From assembly GCA_964016885.1 (NCBI GenBank), contig OZ024743.1, forward strand, positions 5,270,001 through 5,334,000: a stretch of DNA of 64,000 nucleotides, in the 5' to 3' direction. Under the pieces are notes generated by a model, which saw only the letters and a list, made by a program, of their open reading frames with translations, had not been told where the DNA came from and made no database searches. Shown here one piece after another: positions 11,932 to 25,957 of the stretch. Both the position numbers and the translations under genes were made by a program. The stretch's first letter is position 1. The number at the start of each line of letters is the position of its first letter. The stretch is from Eledone cirrhosa (lineage: Eukaryota).

Positions 11932-13315
11932 CGCAAAAATTTGATTAGACTGTTTTGTTTCGAAAATGTTATTTATTCATTATAAAAATTAAATGATAGC
12001 ATTCTATATGTAGGTGGGCCCCTTTCATCTCCTGGCAACCAATATTTTTAGACCCAGTCCGACACTGGTCAGAGTGTTTACAGAAAACACCCTGCTACGA
12101 TTGTTTATGCAGACAAATTAATTCAACGGAGCATAAAATCACTGCATGAACTGAAAAAGCAATATAGAACAAAAAAACTCTACATGTTAAAGACATAGTT
12201 GGAAAGGAAGGGGTTGTTGGAAAAATGATCTTAATAAAAACAACAAAATTATCATCATTAATCATCTACAGTTTTTTTACTAGTCTTATAAACAATTTGC
12301 AGCACCGTAATTTTCCGACAACTTTGAAAGGCTTTCAAACTTCTGAGCCTCAAACTAAACATAAATCCATGCTAAATGAAATGTGTTTTTGATAAAGACC
12401 CTGCAAAAGTACCCCCTAATTAAGCTGCAATACCACTTCTCTATAAGAGAATCTACCCTAATATTGAACTGATACACCATTTATCGACCGAGGAAGTTCG
12501 AAGAGCAAAGTTGATCGGGTGAAATTCGAACTTAGAACAGAGCGCAGTAATTCAGAACAAATACGAGCTATTTAATCCTTGTCTTGTGAAAATGGGTATA
12601 GCTTTCATTATGTAAAATCTCCCTATTTTGCCTCATTTCTCCCCGTTTTGGGGCACTTTTTTTGCATGGTACTCTCTGTTTGAGTTTTAGAGGCTGGCAG
12701 GTCTGTATATCTATTTCGTTTTCTGTTCAAATTTTACAAGGTTCAACTTTGAGATTCATGCACCCGATACTCTACGTGTCGCTCTAGTATCGGGATCAAT
12801 TTAATCAGCGGTGAATTGACAGAGTCGTTAAATGTTCTGGCTTTCTGAATTCTCAGAATCCATTGGCTATCTTTTCCTTTTTTTCTTTTTCTCCACCTCT
12901 CTTTCTCTTTCTCTTTCTTGTCCTCTATATTACTCTTTCTCACTTTCTTTTTCTCAATATCTTCCCCTCTCCTTCTGTATATAATTTTCTTTCTTTCTCT
13001 CCAATCCCCTCTCTTAATCCCTTACACGCACATCTTTACTTGCGGTCTCAAGATGAACGAATTAAGTTACAAATATGTATTAGTATGTGGAAACTCAATT
13101 AAGCCACATGAATCTTGTGATAAAGTATCTAGTGGCAATACATCCTACTGCAATGCTAACGATGAGTTCATAAACCAGCTGACCCGGATTCGGTTTACAA
13201 ACAAGTCTGTAAAAATATAATCCTCGTTGTTGTTGTCATCGTCACCATCATCATCATCATCATCATCATCAATTTCACTCAGACTTTATGACACAATACA
13301 TACATATATCACATA

Positions 13316-13369
<54 letters not shown>

Positions 13370-13765
13370 GCTGATTAAATCTACCCACCCAAAACAGGAA
13401 TGTCAATGTGGTGGGCTTCAGCACAGTTTCTATTCTCCAAATTTCGCTTGCGAGGCTTTGATCAATCTGAGGCTATAGTAGCAAATATTTGCCCTAGGTA
13501 TCAAGTAGTAGGAGCAAGTGAAAGCCGTGTCTTGGATTGTTTTTTCTATTTTTAAATTTCAGTTGAGAATTTTTTTATCGCTAGAGAAAAGAAAGGGCAA
13601 AAAAACTCACAGAAAATATTTATACCGGCTGTGTCTGGCCAGAATCCTCTCACCTCTTTCTGTTCAAACTAGTTATAACCGGCCGCTCATACCGACATTA
13701 AAGTATTGCTCTCAAAATAAATAATATTAAAATCTCGAGGATTCAATATAATGTGAGATAAAGCC

Positions 13766-15108
13766 TTTATCCTAGTCCTACAGGCAATAACGAAGGAGTT
13801 TAAGACCGGATGCCCATGGGAACTCCTGTATGCAGATGACCTCGTACTTATAGCTGAATCTATGGTAGAACTAGAGAAGAAATTCCAAACTTGGAAGCAG
13901 GGACTAGAAAGAAAGGGTCTCAAAGTCAACATGACAAAGACTAAGGTCCTTGTAAGTAGACGAGAAAACAGAACCCAGATCCCCTCAGGGAAATGGCCTT
14001 GCTCAGTATGTAGGAAAGGTGTAGGTAGGAACTCAATTCTCTGTCCCAATTGCAAACAATGGGTACACAAGAGATGCAGCGGGATCTCAGGAAGCTTAAT
14101 TAAGAATGTAGGCTTCACATGTAGCAGCTGTGCTGGGACAGCAAGCAGCAAACAGCCACAGGAAACAAGTACCACCAATCTCTGGGAGGGCTCTGTAGAA
14201 ACATTAGACAGCTTCTGCTACCTAGATGACCGAATTAGCAGCGGAGGTGGGTGTTCAGAAAGTACAATAACTAGGGTAAGAACGGGATGGAAGAAGTTCA
14301 GGGAGCTACTGCCACTGCTAGCTGCAAAAGGCTTCTCCCTCAAAATGAAAGGCAGATTGTATGATGCGTGTATCTGAACAGCAATGTTACATGGTAGTGA
14401 GACCTGGGCGCTGAATGTGGAAGACTTGCGTAGATTAGAAAGAAACGAAGCCTGCATGCTCCGATGGATGTGTAATAGTAATATACGCGAACGGCAAAGC
14501 ATAAATGAATTGAGAGAGAGACTGAGCATAAGAGGAATCACATGCTGTGTGCAGGAGAGGCGGTTGCGTTGGTATGAACATGTGATGCGTATGAAGGATG
14601 ACAGCTGCATAAAAAGGTGCAGAGCACTAGAAGTCAATAGAAACCGCGGAGTGGGGAGACCTAAGAAGACCTGGGATGAGGTGATAAAAGCCGACCTTAC
14701 CCAATTACACCTCTCAAAGGCGATGACACACGACCGTGACCTCTGGCGTCACGCAGTAATACAGAGTACCCGACCTCCCATGGGTACAAGCCGAAGCTGA
14801 AGCATTTAGACAATATGCCCCCACACCCTCTCACTGCAAAGTGGTCGTGGAGGTGCCACGGCAACAAAGCACCCAGCCCACACTGTAAAGTGGACGTGTA
14901 GGTGCCACGGAAAAAAGCACCCAGCACTCACTGTAAATGAGGTTGGTGTTAGGAAGGGCATCCAGCTGTAGAAATCAAGCAAGAATCAGTTCCTGTATGA
15001 GCAAGGCATGGTCAGCCGACCAGACACTGACCACAACAGGACAACCCGTCTAACCCATGCTAGCATGGAAGAACGGACGTAAAACGGTGATGATGATGAT
15101 GATGATGA
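13766..15108 (+). mobile_element. 5'-truncated RTE-clade LINE (RT C-terminus with Cys/His finger, 3' UTR, (GAT)n tail)
   Basis: CPWELLYADDLVLIAES...GLKVNMTKTKVL, CSVC...NSILCPNCKQWVHKRCSGI, RRLRWYEHV...GRPKKTW; one in-frame stop at 14375; 49-bp tandem in the UTR; (GAT)n at 15088-15108. Confidence 0.92.
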
Positions 15109-15449
15109 TACACTGGGAGTTTATTTAACATCACCTATTGAGTACGCTGTGATGCAACCCGTCCTAGCAGTGATACCTATGCTAATTCCGTCAACTTATA
15201 TATATATATGTATATGTATATACGTATGTGTGTCTATGCATGTGAGTGTGTAATATGTGCGTGTGTGTTCAGATGATATCCTACAGTTGAAGTCAAAAGT
15301 CAAATTAACTTTGAGACTTGTTTTCCCTGTCTTTTCACTACTGTAGCTCTGAAAACAACGTCGAACCATTGTTGCTCTTCTTATTTCAGCTTTGAACCAA
15401 TCATACATATTTATTAGGTCTCGGAGGGTCCGTGACCGTGGTTGTAAAG

Positions 15450-15750
15450 TGAGGGTATGTAGCTAAATGGTTGGGGGTGTTCGACTCACAGTCATCAGTT
15501 TCATTCCCTGCAACGTGTTTCGTCCTTGAGCAAAACAATTTATTTCACGTTGCTCCAGTCCATTCAGTGGCAAAACTGAGTTTTACATGTAATTCAAATG
15601 ACCAACCTTGTCGCACAGAGTGTTATAGTGAATCTTCCCGAGAAGCTTAAGGGTGTCTGTGGAATGTTCAGCTACTTATTCGTTTATTTCACAAGCAGTC
15701 TGTTCCGTTGTTCGAACATCTGGAACGCTCGTCGTCGGAACAAATGGAGG
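15450..15750 (+). mobile_element. SINE family B, diverged
   Basis: tRNA-like head plus CCTTGAGCAA..TTTATTTCAC.TTGCTCCAGT; homologous to 32128-32450 and 62764-63035. Confidence 0.7.
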
Positions 15751-16039
15751 TCAATGGGGTTGTCAACCTGCTAAAAATAATAGCTAAATCTTCTTTAAAT
15801 TACATTCTACTTTTTTTTAAACATATACTTTTATTTTAAACATATATATAAATAACATTACAAATTGCTCACAACTTTCAGAATGAAAATATAAACACAT
15901 ATAACAAATACAATTAACTATTGCTAGAACCTCACAAATACAATTTACCCCCCCCCCCCCCCCAAGGGGGGGGGGGGGTAAGCAAAAGCCAACACGGCCA
16001 TCAATTCACCACCAAGTGCGACATCACAAGTGCCATACA

Positions 16040-16225
16040 TCACAAGGATCAACAGAATATTTTGAGGCAAGCCAATACGCTCTCAGCATGGAGAGGTTAA
16101 GGCGCTGAAACAACCCGCCACCCTCACGGGCATCATCTGACACCTCAGTAAGGCGAGCCGCCAACGATGACAAGAACCTCGCTGTCAGCGGCCCAACTCC
16201 ACCAAACGTCTCGAACGCCACAGGC
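16040..16225 (-). mobile_element. CRE-like RLE retrotransposon fragment
   Basis: AFETFGGVGPLTARFL...DAREGGGLFQRL. Confidence 0.7.
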
Positions 16226-16408
16226 TAAAAAAAATATAAATGTTACATAGGTCCTGGTATTTTCGAATTTTATTCCGTTTGACAACGGAAGCCGTGGTCC
16301 CCACATTTACCGCGGGAGGGAGCAAAAGAGTCGCTGACTGTGACGTTCCAGATGAGACAGCTGCCTCTTACCCAGGAGCAAAGGGTAAGGTCTCTTCCCA
16401 TCACTTCT

Positions 16409-16787
16409 GCAGACCTGTCAACTCTTCCCATCCGACGGGGAGATCTCCCACCCACTTTTGGGTGGGTGAAAAATGTCTTCTCTTGTGAAAATGGGTATAG
16501 CTTTGCGGTGGATTGGCAGTATCGGTAGAGGGTCGGACGCCATGCTTTGACGTATAGAGTTACCGCCCTTGCCATTCTGAGTTCAAATTCCGCCGACGTT
16601 AACTTTGCCTTTCATCCTTACGGGGTCGATAAAATAAAGTACCAGTAATGCACTGAGTAATTACTGGCCTTGTGCCTAAAGTAGAAACAATTATATAAAA
16701 TCTACCTATTTTGCCTCATTTCTCCCCATTTTGAGGTAATTCTTTTATGGTATTATCCGTTTGGGCTTTTAGAGGTTGTCAGATCTG
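16409..16787. mobile_element. MITE family C interrupted by a SINE A copy (16505-16693, +)
   Basis: Ends CAGACCTGTCAACTCT / AGAGGTTGTCAGATCTG; homologous to 19321-19515. Confidence 0.8.
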
Positions 16788-17011
16788 CTTCTGGATAATC
16801 CAGCCGGTTAGAAAAGGTCACGCTCGATAATATGGGTTCCCCTTACATATGAAAAACACGCGATGGAATGCATTTGATCATATATCTGCTCGATTAGGGT
16901 TGACCTGGACTAAACAACACCAGTTTATCGACATATGGCTGTGTAGTTAAGGAGTTCCTGTGGCAACTTAAGTTGGTTTCCTTACTTTGGTTCTCCTTTT
17001 TCTATAAATGC

Positions 17012-17198
17012 AGAGCCGGATTTTGGTCAAATGAGGCCCTGTGCTAGTTAAGTTATGAGACCCTTACTTGGGCCCTGAAGGAGGTAGGCCCGGTAAAAAA
17101 AAAATAAAAAAAAATAGGGGGCAGGAACATACCCCCCTCCCCGGCCAACGGGACCCTGTGCTTAAGCACACCTAAGCACAATGGTAAATCCGGCACTT
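17012..17198. mobile_element. hAT-like MITE
   Basis: Terminal CAGAGCCGGATTT / AAATCCGGCACTT; no clear TSD. Confidence 0.5.
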
Positions 17199-17462
17199 TC
17201 GTTCATTTCTATTTCCTTCTCTCTTCCTCTTTCCTCCTTTATTTTTATCTCAATTTTGTTTCTTTCGTTCTTTTTCCTAACATTTCCTTTATCAATTTCT
17301 TTCTCCTCATTTGTATCATCTCTTTCTTTCTTTCTGTTTCTTTCTGTTTCTTTCTGTTTCTTTCTCTTCTTTTCACTCACTCAGACTATTAACCCTCCCT
17401 ACCCTCTTCCTTTCACCTCTTCTTTCTCTCCCTCTGTTTGCCTTGTTCACTCTCTCTCTCTC

Positions 17463-17517
<55 letters not shown>

Positions 17518-17709
17518 TTCCTCTCCTCTGTTGATTTACTTTCTCTTTTCTCTCGTTATCTTTTTGATTCCTTCCTCAAATTTATCTACCGCTCACCTCT
17601 CTTTCTTTTATTCATATCCGCCCGTCCCCTCTCTCGTTGTCTTGTTCCCTTTGTGTATTCTCTCTCCCTCATTACTATCCTTTACCCCCTCCCTCTTTTG
17701 TTCCTTGCT

Positions 17710-17781
<72 letters not shown>

Positions 17782-18169
17782 TTTGTTGTTTTATTCTCTC
17801 CCACATTACATTTATCTAAAATAGAAAGAATAAAGAAAACAATTACGGTTTAATTACTACAATTACCAGCTATCCCTCTACCCCACAATTCCCACTCGCC
17901 ACCACCACCACCACCACCACCACCACTGCCACCCCATGCCACCGCCACCACCATCCATGTTCTATTGAACGATTTGTTTTCTTAACCCGTACCCAATGTA
18001 GGAGGGTGAGGCTTAACTGATAGGGACTCGGTTGTGAAAGTGTTCATCAATGTTGTAACAAGGGTGGGCAGAGATCCACTGGTGTCGACGCTTAACACTT
18101 GTTTAGAATCAGCTTTGTTCACTCGAGATTAATTAAAACCAAACAAAGAATTTAGAAGCATTCGAACTC

Positions 18170-18800
18170 GGAGGAAATAACAGAGAAACTGACGCAGTTA
18201 ATAAATCAAGTTTAGCTCCGATACTATTGTCACGTGGTTTGAATGTCCCTGGAAAGAATCGCTGGACAGATTTTACAGGCAAAACCAACCGACAGGAGAC
18301 CCAGGGGTAGAGCCCGACCGACAGGAGACCCAGGGGTAGAGCCCGACCGACAGGAGACCCAGGGGTAGAGCCCGACCGACAGGAGACCCAGGGGTAGAGC
18401 CCGACCGACAGGAGACCCAGGGGTAGAGCCCGACCGACAGGAGACCCAGGGGTAGAGCCCGACCGACAGGAGACCCAGGGGTAGAGCCCGACCAAGATGG
18501 TTGGATAACATCCCTGAGTTTGGCTGGTCTCGCTTGGGGATCCAGTCAGCCTGATCAGTTGGAGACGGCTGCTTCTGACAGGACCCGCTAGAAGGAGTGT
18601 TTGACGACTCTGCCTCCACGACCCTCTTATGAAGAAGTGGGCGAAGAAGAAGAAGAAGAAGAAGAAGAAGAAGAAGAAGAAGAAGAAGAAGAAGAAGAAG
18701 AAGAAGAAGAAGAAGAAGAAGAAGAAGAAGAAGAAGAAGAAGAAGAAGAAGAAGAAGAAGATTGGAAATGTTAGGGGCACATATCTCTGTATGAAACACC
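18170..18800 (+). mobile_element. RTE LINE 3' fragment with internal 7 x 29-bp tandem repeat and long (GAA)n
   Basis: Unit CCGACAGGAGACCCAGGGGTAGAGCCCGA at 18289-18491; homologous to 3240-3650. Confidence 0.85.
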
Positions 18801-18958
18801 CAAACCCAAACGGGGAGTACCATAAAAAAGGGCCCCAAGGGGATAAATGAGGTAAAATGGGGAGATTTTACACAATGAAAGCTATACCCATTTTTACAAG
18901 AGAAGACATCTCTCACCCAGGAGATCTCCCTGTCGGACGGGGAGAGTTGACAAGTCTG
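18800..18958. mobile_element. MITE family C, inverted partial copy
   Basis: Reverse complement of 19321-19490. Confidence 0.75.
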
Positions 18959-19320
18959 ATGTGGGCTTAGAAAGATGTTCAGTGATTTACTTACTGATTG
19001 TAGGAAATTATCACTCATTTAATTTAATTATATAAATTACTGTGATCCTCTAAGGTTCTGTAATATGATTTTCCCAGTTCTGCGCCCTAGGTGGCTGCCT
19101 AGTTGGCCTGAATGATGGCACCAGCCATCAGTGACATATATCAATAAACACAGTCTACGATACATCGTTTATTTAATTTGGTGTAGAATTATTAGACTTT
19201 CAAAGACCATCAAAATTGGGGGTAGGAATAAATTTGTAAGTTTAATAGGATCTGCTTGATTTTTTCAAGTTAGTAGTTAATAATTAATAGTGGCAATGGT
19301 AGTAGTGATTAAAATAGCTG

Positions 19321-19515
19321 CAGATCTGTCAACTCTCCCCGTCCGACGGGGAGATCTTCCACCCACTTTAGGGTGGGTGAGATGTGCCTTCTCTTGTGAA
19401 AATGGGTATAGTTTTGTTTATATAAAATCACCCCATTTTGTCTCATTTCTCCCCGTTTTGGGGCACTTTTTTTCATGGTACTCCCCATTCGGGTTTTTAG
19501 AGGTTGGCAGGTCTG
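19321..19515. mobile_element. MITE family C, complete (195 bp)
   Basis: TIRs CAGATCTGTCAAC / GTTGGCAGGTCTG; another partial copy at 12582-12705. Confidence 0.8.
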
Positions 19516-20593
19516 CTACCAGCTGTAATGGAAATAAATGGGTGAGGGGGGATGGTGATAGGGATTATTGAGTTATGAAGGTAGTGGTCTCGTTGGCGGT
19601 GATGGTGATTCTGATAGTCATATTAGTGATGGTTATGGTAGAGGTGATGGTGGAGGTGATGGTGGAGGTGATATTGATAATTGTAGGCAAGATTATAGTA
19701 GTCTAAAATTATTCTGGTTGCTGTTGTGGTGATGGTGGTCGAAGTGGTGCTTGTTAATAATGATAGGGAAAGACGGGTGATTGACAAAATCGGTAGAGCG
19801 TCGGACCTAAACTTGTGGTGTTTACTTTCTGAGTTCAAATACCGCCAAGGTCAACTTTCCCTTTCGGAATCGATAAACTAAAGTACTAGTCAAGTACTAT
19901 GGTCGTTACAATCCCGCAAATATTCCCATTCGTGCTTATTAAACAAATTCTATTTATTTGCAATTTACCTCAAGGAAATCTAAAACCAGTCAATTCTTTT
20001 TAATACCAATTACACATTAAAGCAAGCGAAAGTTATGCAAGGGAGATAACTTTATAAAAGGAATTAAACATTGAAATATCCTACCAAATCATATCTATTG
20101 CGGGTGTTGCACAAAAGCTATTGTTGTCATTATCGAAACGATTTCATATGAGGTGACTTAATGCGAGTTTTAAGAACTAAAACGTCACTTTTTAATATGG
20201 GACTTGTACCTGAGTGCTTCTAAATTTACATAAATTCCTGATAGAAAACACGTGAAAAACGAACTTCAACGATATTTAAAGGACGAATTTTTGTTTGTTC
20301 ATTGCTAAAGATATTCATATTTTATTTAAAATAAAATTACAGACAATAAATCAATTCACAGTTGTATAAATAACACTACAAATATTGATGGAAATATGAA
20401 AGAATAAGAATATAGGTAAAAAAAAAAAAAGAATAAGAGCGAAACCAAGCAACGAACAGGGTGGGATGTAAAGAAGGGCAGATATGACTATAGGAAAGTA
20501 GGAGAAAGGGCTATAAATGCCATAAATGAGAGGAAAAGGAAGGAAAAAGCAAGGACTATGAGGCCATGGAAGAAGGGGAGAGGGTGATAGGCT

Positions 20594-20815
20594 CTACGCA
20601 GGGGACGAGTTGGTGGTTGGGCTCCGCCCCGCGAACAATACTGCAAAGGCATTTCCACGGATAATGACCAGCGACATCCGCTGCAACAGCCATCCCACTT
20701 CGCGGGGCTCCTTCCTCAGACGGGCTGCTGACAATCCGATTTTGCAGAGGAGCTCGACTGTACGGGGTCCGAAGATGCCTGAGGTCTCGACAGCGACCAG
20801 TGCGAAGAGGAAGCG
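20594..20815 (-). mobile_element. CRE-like RLE retrotransposon fragment
   Basis: VAVETSGIFGP...EPREVGWLLQRMSLVIIRGNAFAV. Confidence 0.75.
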
Positions 20816-21571
20816 GCCGTATAAGCCCCGGTTGCCTTCCTGTCTTTTCATTGTGGGCCGCAGTACAGGAGTTTGTGGCCGAAGTTGGAGGCGGAGAACG
20901 TGTCTATACATGGAAAATGTTCTTAAAATGAAGCCTTTGCATTAACGAGAATTCTTTCTCAGCCTTTTGAACATCAATTTTTATTTTAGCCTTATGGTGT
21001 CAGTTTTGCCCCTATATCAACATTGATTTTCACCCTCTTGTGGTCAATAGAATAAAATACTAATCTAGAGTAGGTGACTAACCGGATTGATTGTTATTGT
21101 ATTTACGTTCTGAATTGAAATCTTGCTGTGGCCTACTTGGTTGATGGACTTAATCAGTTTTGCGGTTGAACACCATCACTCGGATCCTTGGCGCATTTAG
21201 TTTATTCTGTTGCAAGCAACTGGGCCAGGCTTCCAGTTTGAGGATATCCTCGACTGGAGGCTCTGAAAAGAGTGATGGGTACTACTCTCTCCTTTTTGAA
21301 CATAGATTTTGACGATCCGACCCATTGTGGACCCTGCAGTTCAAAACACTACATACATTAAATATATTGTTGCAAATTTTGTCGTAAAATATAAGCTTGA
21401 ATGTGATGAAGTTAATTGAATTATTAAATAAACCACGAACAATGTTGAGCTTAGAATACGATTGAGTGTCAGAAAAAATAGAAAGCTGAATTAAATGTTT
21501 CAGGGGATTTAGTTTTATGTCGCTACAACCAGATTTTAAATCCCGATATTCATTCCTCTAGGTTTCATAAT

Positions 21572-21752
21572 TGTTTCTACTCTTTGGCACAAGGCCAGCA
21601 ATCATCCCAGTGTATTACTGGTACTTTATTTTATCGACCCCGTAAGGATGAAAGGCAAAGTTAACCTCGGCGGGATTTGAACTCAGATCATAAAGGGCGG
21701 CAACTCTATGCTGCAAAGTGGCGTCCGACCCTCTACCGATACTGCCAATCCA
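21572..21752 (-). mobile_element. Near full-length SINE A with 18-bp TSD
   Basis: TCCTCTAGGTTTCATAAT at 21554-21571 and 21753-21770. Confidence 0.92.
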
Positions 21753-22799
21753 TCCTCTAGGTTTCATAATGTATCTACCTATGTGTACTAAGACTCATTC
21801 AATCGACAAAAATCCATTCCCTATAAATAGTGGTCTTGAAATGAATGTGGGAAATTTATCATTATAATTATTAATTTCACGCATGGTAGAAATGTTATGG
21901 GTTTCGCATGACAGTAAAAATAAAATCGTTTGTCAAAGACATAGAAATTTATTGTTTTGTTCTTTGAAGTTAGTAAAATAAAATTTTGTTAAATTCTCCA
22001 GAAGTGATACAACAGTTGAGGTAAAATATCGCTCTGCTTACTGAAAATAACTCTAACTTTACCTAGCAGCAGAGTATTTTAAAAGGTAGCGAATTGAGTG
22101 CATTACGGTATTCGTTCTGCCTCTCTGAGATCTGAGTTCAAATCCCGTCGAGCTCAACTTTGCTTTCATCCTTTTGTGGTCTATAAATAAAATACCAATC
22201 TTTCTGTGGAAAAAATCAGTTTTGTTTCGACCTGGATAGATATAGGCTCTGTTAGATTCAAATGTCCAAGATACTCTGTATGTCACGGCGATAGCCCAAT
22301 GACACCACTAGGAGTTAAGTGTGTGGGTGGGGAGGTAGTTCAGAAAGAACAATAAAGACACAAAACACTGTTGAAGCGTCAAACTAAATGAAAGTTTAAG
22401 CAATAAATTTAACGTTTCTGAAGGAAACCTTCAGAATTATTATTTCATCTCATACTAAACATGTACTTCTTTTGTGTAAATTTCTTGTTTGATTCATACT
22501 GATGAAAGCCAATACTACTTTACTAATTCTAGTGATTATTGGGATTTACCGAGTATGAATTATGGAATGAAAATAGTCATGGTGATATCGTAATATTGGC
22601 AACGAGTACGAAATATGTGGTCATCAGCCTTTAAAATGAATGTACAGTTTCGACAACTACCGACGGTACTGCTGGTCCATCCGGGGTCACAGTGTCAGAC
22701 AAAATAGTTAAAAACTGTCCTTGGAGAATTAAGACGAAACAAAACAAAGAAAACTTACGTGTATAGGAATGTTGCCAGTATCATAATATCAACTGGGAT

Positions 22800-23365
22800 T
22801 ATATTTTACCGAGCCTTGAAGGGTGAAAGGCAAAGTAATAACAATAAGTTCTAGTAGGTCTGATGGCCTTGTGCCTAAATCAGAAACCATTATTTGGTAG
22901 ATCTTTGAGGATGGTGGATTGGCAATATCAGTAGAGCACCGGGCAATATGTTTTGCGGCATTTATTTACGGACTTTTACATGCGGCATTTATTTACGGCT
23001 TTGCCGTTCCTCATTACGGAGTCGATAAAATAAAGTACCAGTCACACACTGGCGTCGATTTAATTGACTTTCCCCTCCCCAAAATTTCTGACCGTGTGCC
23101 TAAATCAGAACCCTTTATTATTTGATAGGTCTGCTGGCCTTGTGCCTAAATCAAAAACCATTATTTGGCGGTAGATTGGCATTATTCGGTAGAGCGTCAG
23201 ATAAAATGCTTCGTGATATTTTGTTACAACTTTCCACAAGATCAGCTTTGCCTTTTATCCTTCCGGGGTTGATAAAATAATGTACCAGCTATATATGGGG
23301 TCGATATGATCAATTCCCCCCCCCCCCCCCTTCGAAATTGCTGGCTTTGTGCCAATGTTAGAAAG
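22800..23365. mobile_element. Cluster of diverged SINE A-related copies
   Basis: Repeated GTCGATAAAATAAAGTACC and GGCCTTGTGCCTAAA blocks. Confidence 0.7.
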
Positions 23366-23469
23366 AATGAAAGAAAGAATGATTATTTGGTATGTCTGAA
23401 GGAGGTGACAGTGGCCATAACGGGTGTTCTTAGACTGGACATCGATGCCGTTGATGTTCTGGTTAAGTT

Positions 23470-23730
23470 ATGAAGGTTCACCCCTTCATGAAAGACATAA
23501 GTGGGGAGAATATTCCAGAGGGACAACGCTTTGAGTAGGAAGGATTAAACGTAGTGATTAGTGGCTGGACACAACATGGGTGATAATGGGAAGAGAGACG
23601 ATTGGGTCGGGAGTGTTCCTGGGTGGAGGTGGCCTGAGTCTAGCAAGCTCTGAATAGCAGAGACTATTGTAGCGATGGTAGACGAGGCAGAGGGAGAATA
23701 CCAGTGGATGACCTCATGCAATCTATTCAA
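23470..23730 (-). mobile_element. Decayed LINE (Jockey/L2-like) C-terminal fragment
   Basis: Minus frame SLCLVYHRYNSLCYSELARLRPPP resembles the FYRYYxGxCSxEL motif. Confidence 0.5.
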
Positions 23731-24504
23731 TCACCTGTATTAACTCCCATTGTAAAACATGGCCTCGTGCCTATCTAGAAGAAGTTAGGTATATAAGTCA
23801 TCTCTTTAAACATTTAAAGAAAAAGAAAATAGAGGTGAACTGTAAGGTACCTATTTAAAGCCAGGTGGGCTGTGATAACATTACACAGTTACCGAGGAGA
23901 GGTAAATTAATTTACACTTGTCTTTGTATATTTAAGTTGAGTGCGTGTATGTGTGTGTTGAGCGATGTATATGTATATGGTTATATTTTCCACCATCACT
24001 CCATGTACCTCATTCTTCTTCTTCTTCTTCTTCTTCTTCTTCTTCTTCTTCTTCTTCTTCTTCTTCTTCTTCTTCTCCATGAAGTTGCAAAGAACAAGCT
24101 AGTTTCCAATGGCAACTAATTTCAATGTTGCCTCTATTCATGTACATACACGCATGCAGGCGCACACTTATAACACACATATACAGGTATAGGCACATAA
24201 TCCCTGCTTACATACACACTCAAATACACACGCAAATACACACATACTTTTTTCTCTCTTTTTCAGTCGCACACAAACGCAGACATAATCGCACGCACGT
24301 ACACGCCCACACCCATGTACATACATACATAAGTCTCCGTACATCCACACACCACACCTGCATTCCACACCCGTACACCACACCCATGCACCAAACCCGC
24401 TCATCCACCAGCATACCTTTCTTCAGCAATTCTCCCCTTTCCTTTAATAACAACCAAAAATTAAATAACAACAACAACAACAACAACAACAAATAATAAT
24501 AATA

Positions 24505-24660
24505 ATAATTGTTTCTATTTTAGGCACTTAGGCACAAGGCCAACAATTACCCAGTGCATTACTGGTACTTTATTTTATCGACCCCGTAAGGATGAAAGGC
24601 AAAGTTAACCTCGGCGGGATTTGAACTCAGAATGGCAAGGGCCGTAACTCCATGCGTCAA
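24505..24660 (-). mobile_element. SINE family A
   Basis: Matches other copies; (AAT)n tail. Confidence 0.9.
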
Positions 24661-25130
24661 TACAAAGACAGGGACAGTGGGGGTTTACAATAAGCTCGAG
24701 TAAAAGTGCACAATGGCAAGATTAATTTAACAATAATAATAATAATAACAATGGTGATAATAAATAAATGAATAAATAAAAGGTGAAAATTTACCGTGAT
24801 TAACAGAAAGACATACAAAGAAAGTAACAACAACAAGTAACAACAACAACAACAAGTACAACAACAACAAGTAAGCCACCGCAACACCAACACCCCATAA
24901 AAGAAGGGACACAGCGAGTTTTATATTTCCATTCCCAATAGTCCCTCATCTAATCATCCGTACCCTGCTCATCAACTCCACTGATGTCAGTAAATAACAC
25001 CTTAGACTGGCTACAAAAACAACGCCCTCTGTTGGGCTGAAACAAGGGGATTTAACTGTTCATTCTCTCATTTCTACACAACATAGTGTTCTTTCATTAG
25101 TTCATCTCCATTCTCTGTTTTGTTGATTTG

Positions 25131-25162
<32 letters not shown>

Positions 25163-25413
25163 TCTCTCTATATAGTATATATATATATATAGTATATATA
25201 TATATATAGTATACTATATATATTTCTTTCTTTCTCTTTCCCTCCCTCCCTTATTCTCTCTCTCTTTCCTCTCTCTCTCTCTTCATCCCTCTCTCTCTTT
25301 CTCTTCATCCCCCTCTCTCTCTCTCTTCACCACCCCTCTCTCTTTTCACCCCCTCTCTCTCATCTATATATACTATATACATATATATATATACATACAT
25401 CTCTCTGTGGCTG

Positions 25414-25453
<40 letters not shown>

Positions 25454-25957
25454 CCCTTCTCCCCTCTTTCTATATCTCCCCCTTCTTTCCTCTCTCTCTC
25501 TCTCCCTTCTCTCCTCACCTCTCTCTCTCCTCGTTTTTTTTTATTTTATTTTGTTTTTTGTTAGTTGTGTTCGTTTCGTTTTTCTCTCTCTTTCTCTTAA
25601 AGACTATGTGTATTTAAGAGAAGGGGAAATATAACATGAAACAAGGCAGTAAATAGTGAAGATTAAAAGTGAGAATGCATAGCAATGAATAAATAAGCAA
25701 GGTGTACATTTGACAAAGAAAGAAAATAGTCGAAGTCAATGGTGCAGCATATGTACAATTGTTTCGATATTTATCACCTCCGAGTACAATCAAGGTGATA
25801 GGGTCCGACTCTCTTTCGTCATCTCATTAGATATACGAGTTTTTATGTGCAAAGACACATCTAAACTTTGCGCACTACAGCCGTGACACTGGAATACAAC
25901 CCAATCGAAACGGACCTCGTAACAGCATCGAGTGCTTCAAAACGGTGCGCCCGCGCC

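Larger units (their letters stand above)
6992..12067. mobile_element. Non-autonomous hAT element with nested insertions
   Basis: TIR CAGTGGCGGACTGG at 6992 and CCAGTCCGACACTG ending 12067; 8-bp TSD GTCAGAGT at 6984-6991 and 12068-12075; a second right end at about 8228-8381. Confidence 0.85.

Noticed and set aside
22494-22625. CTGATGA with GCCAATA/TATTGGC stem as a hammerhead
   Set aside because: GAAA/stem III half cannot be placed consistently.
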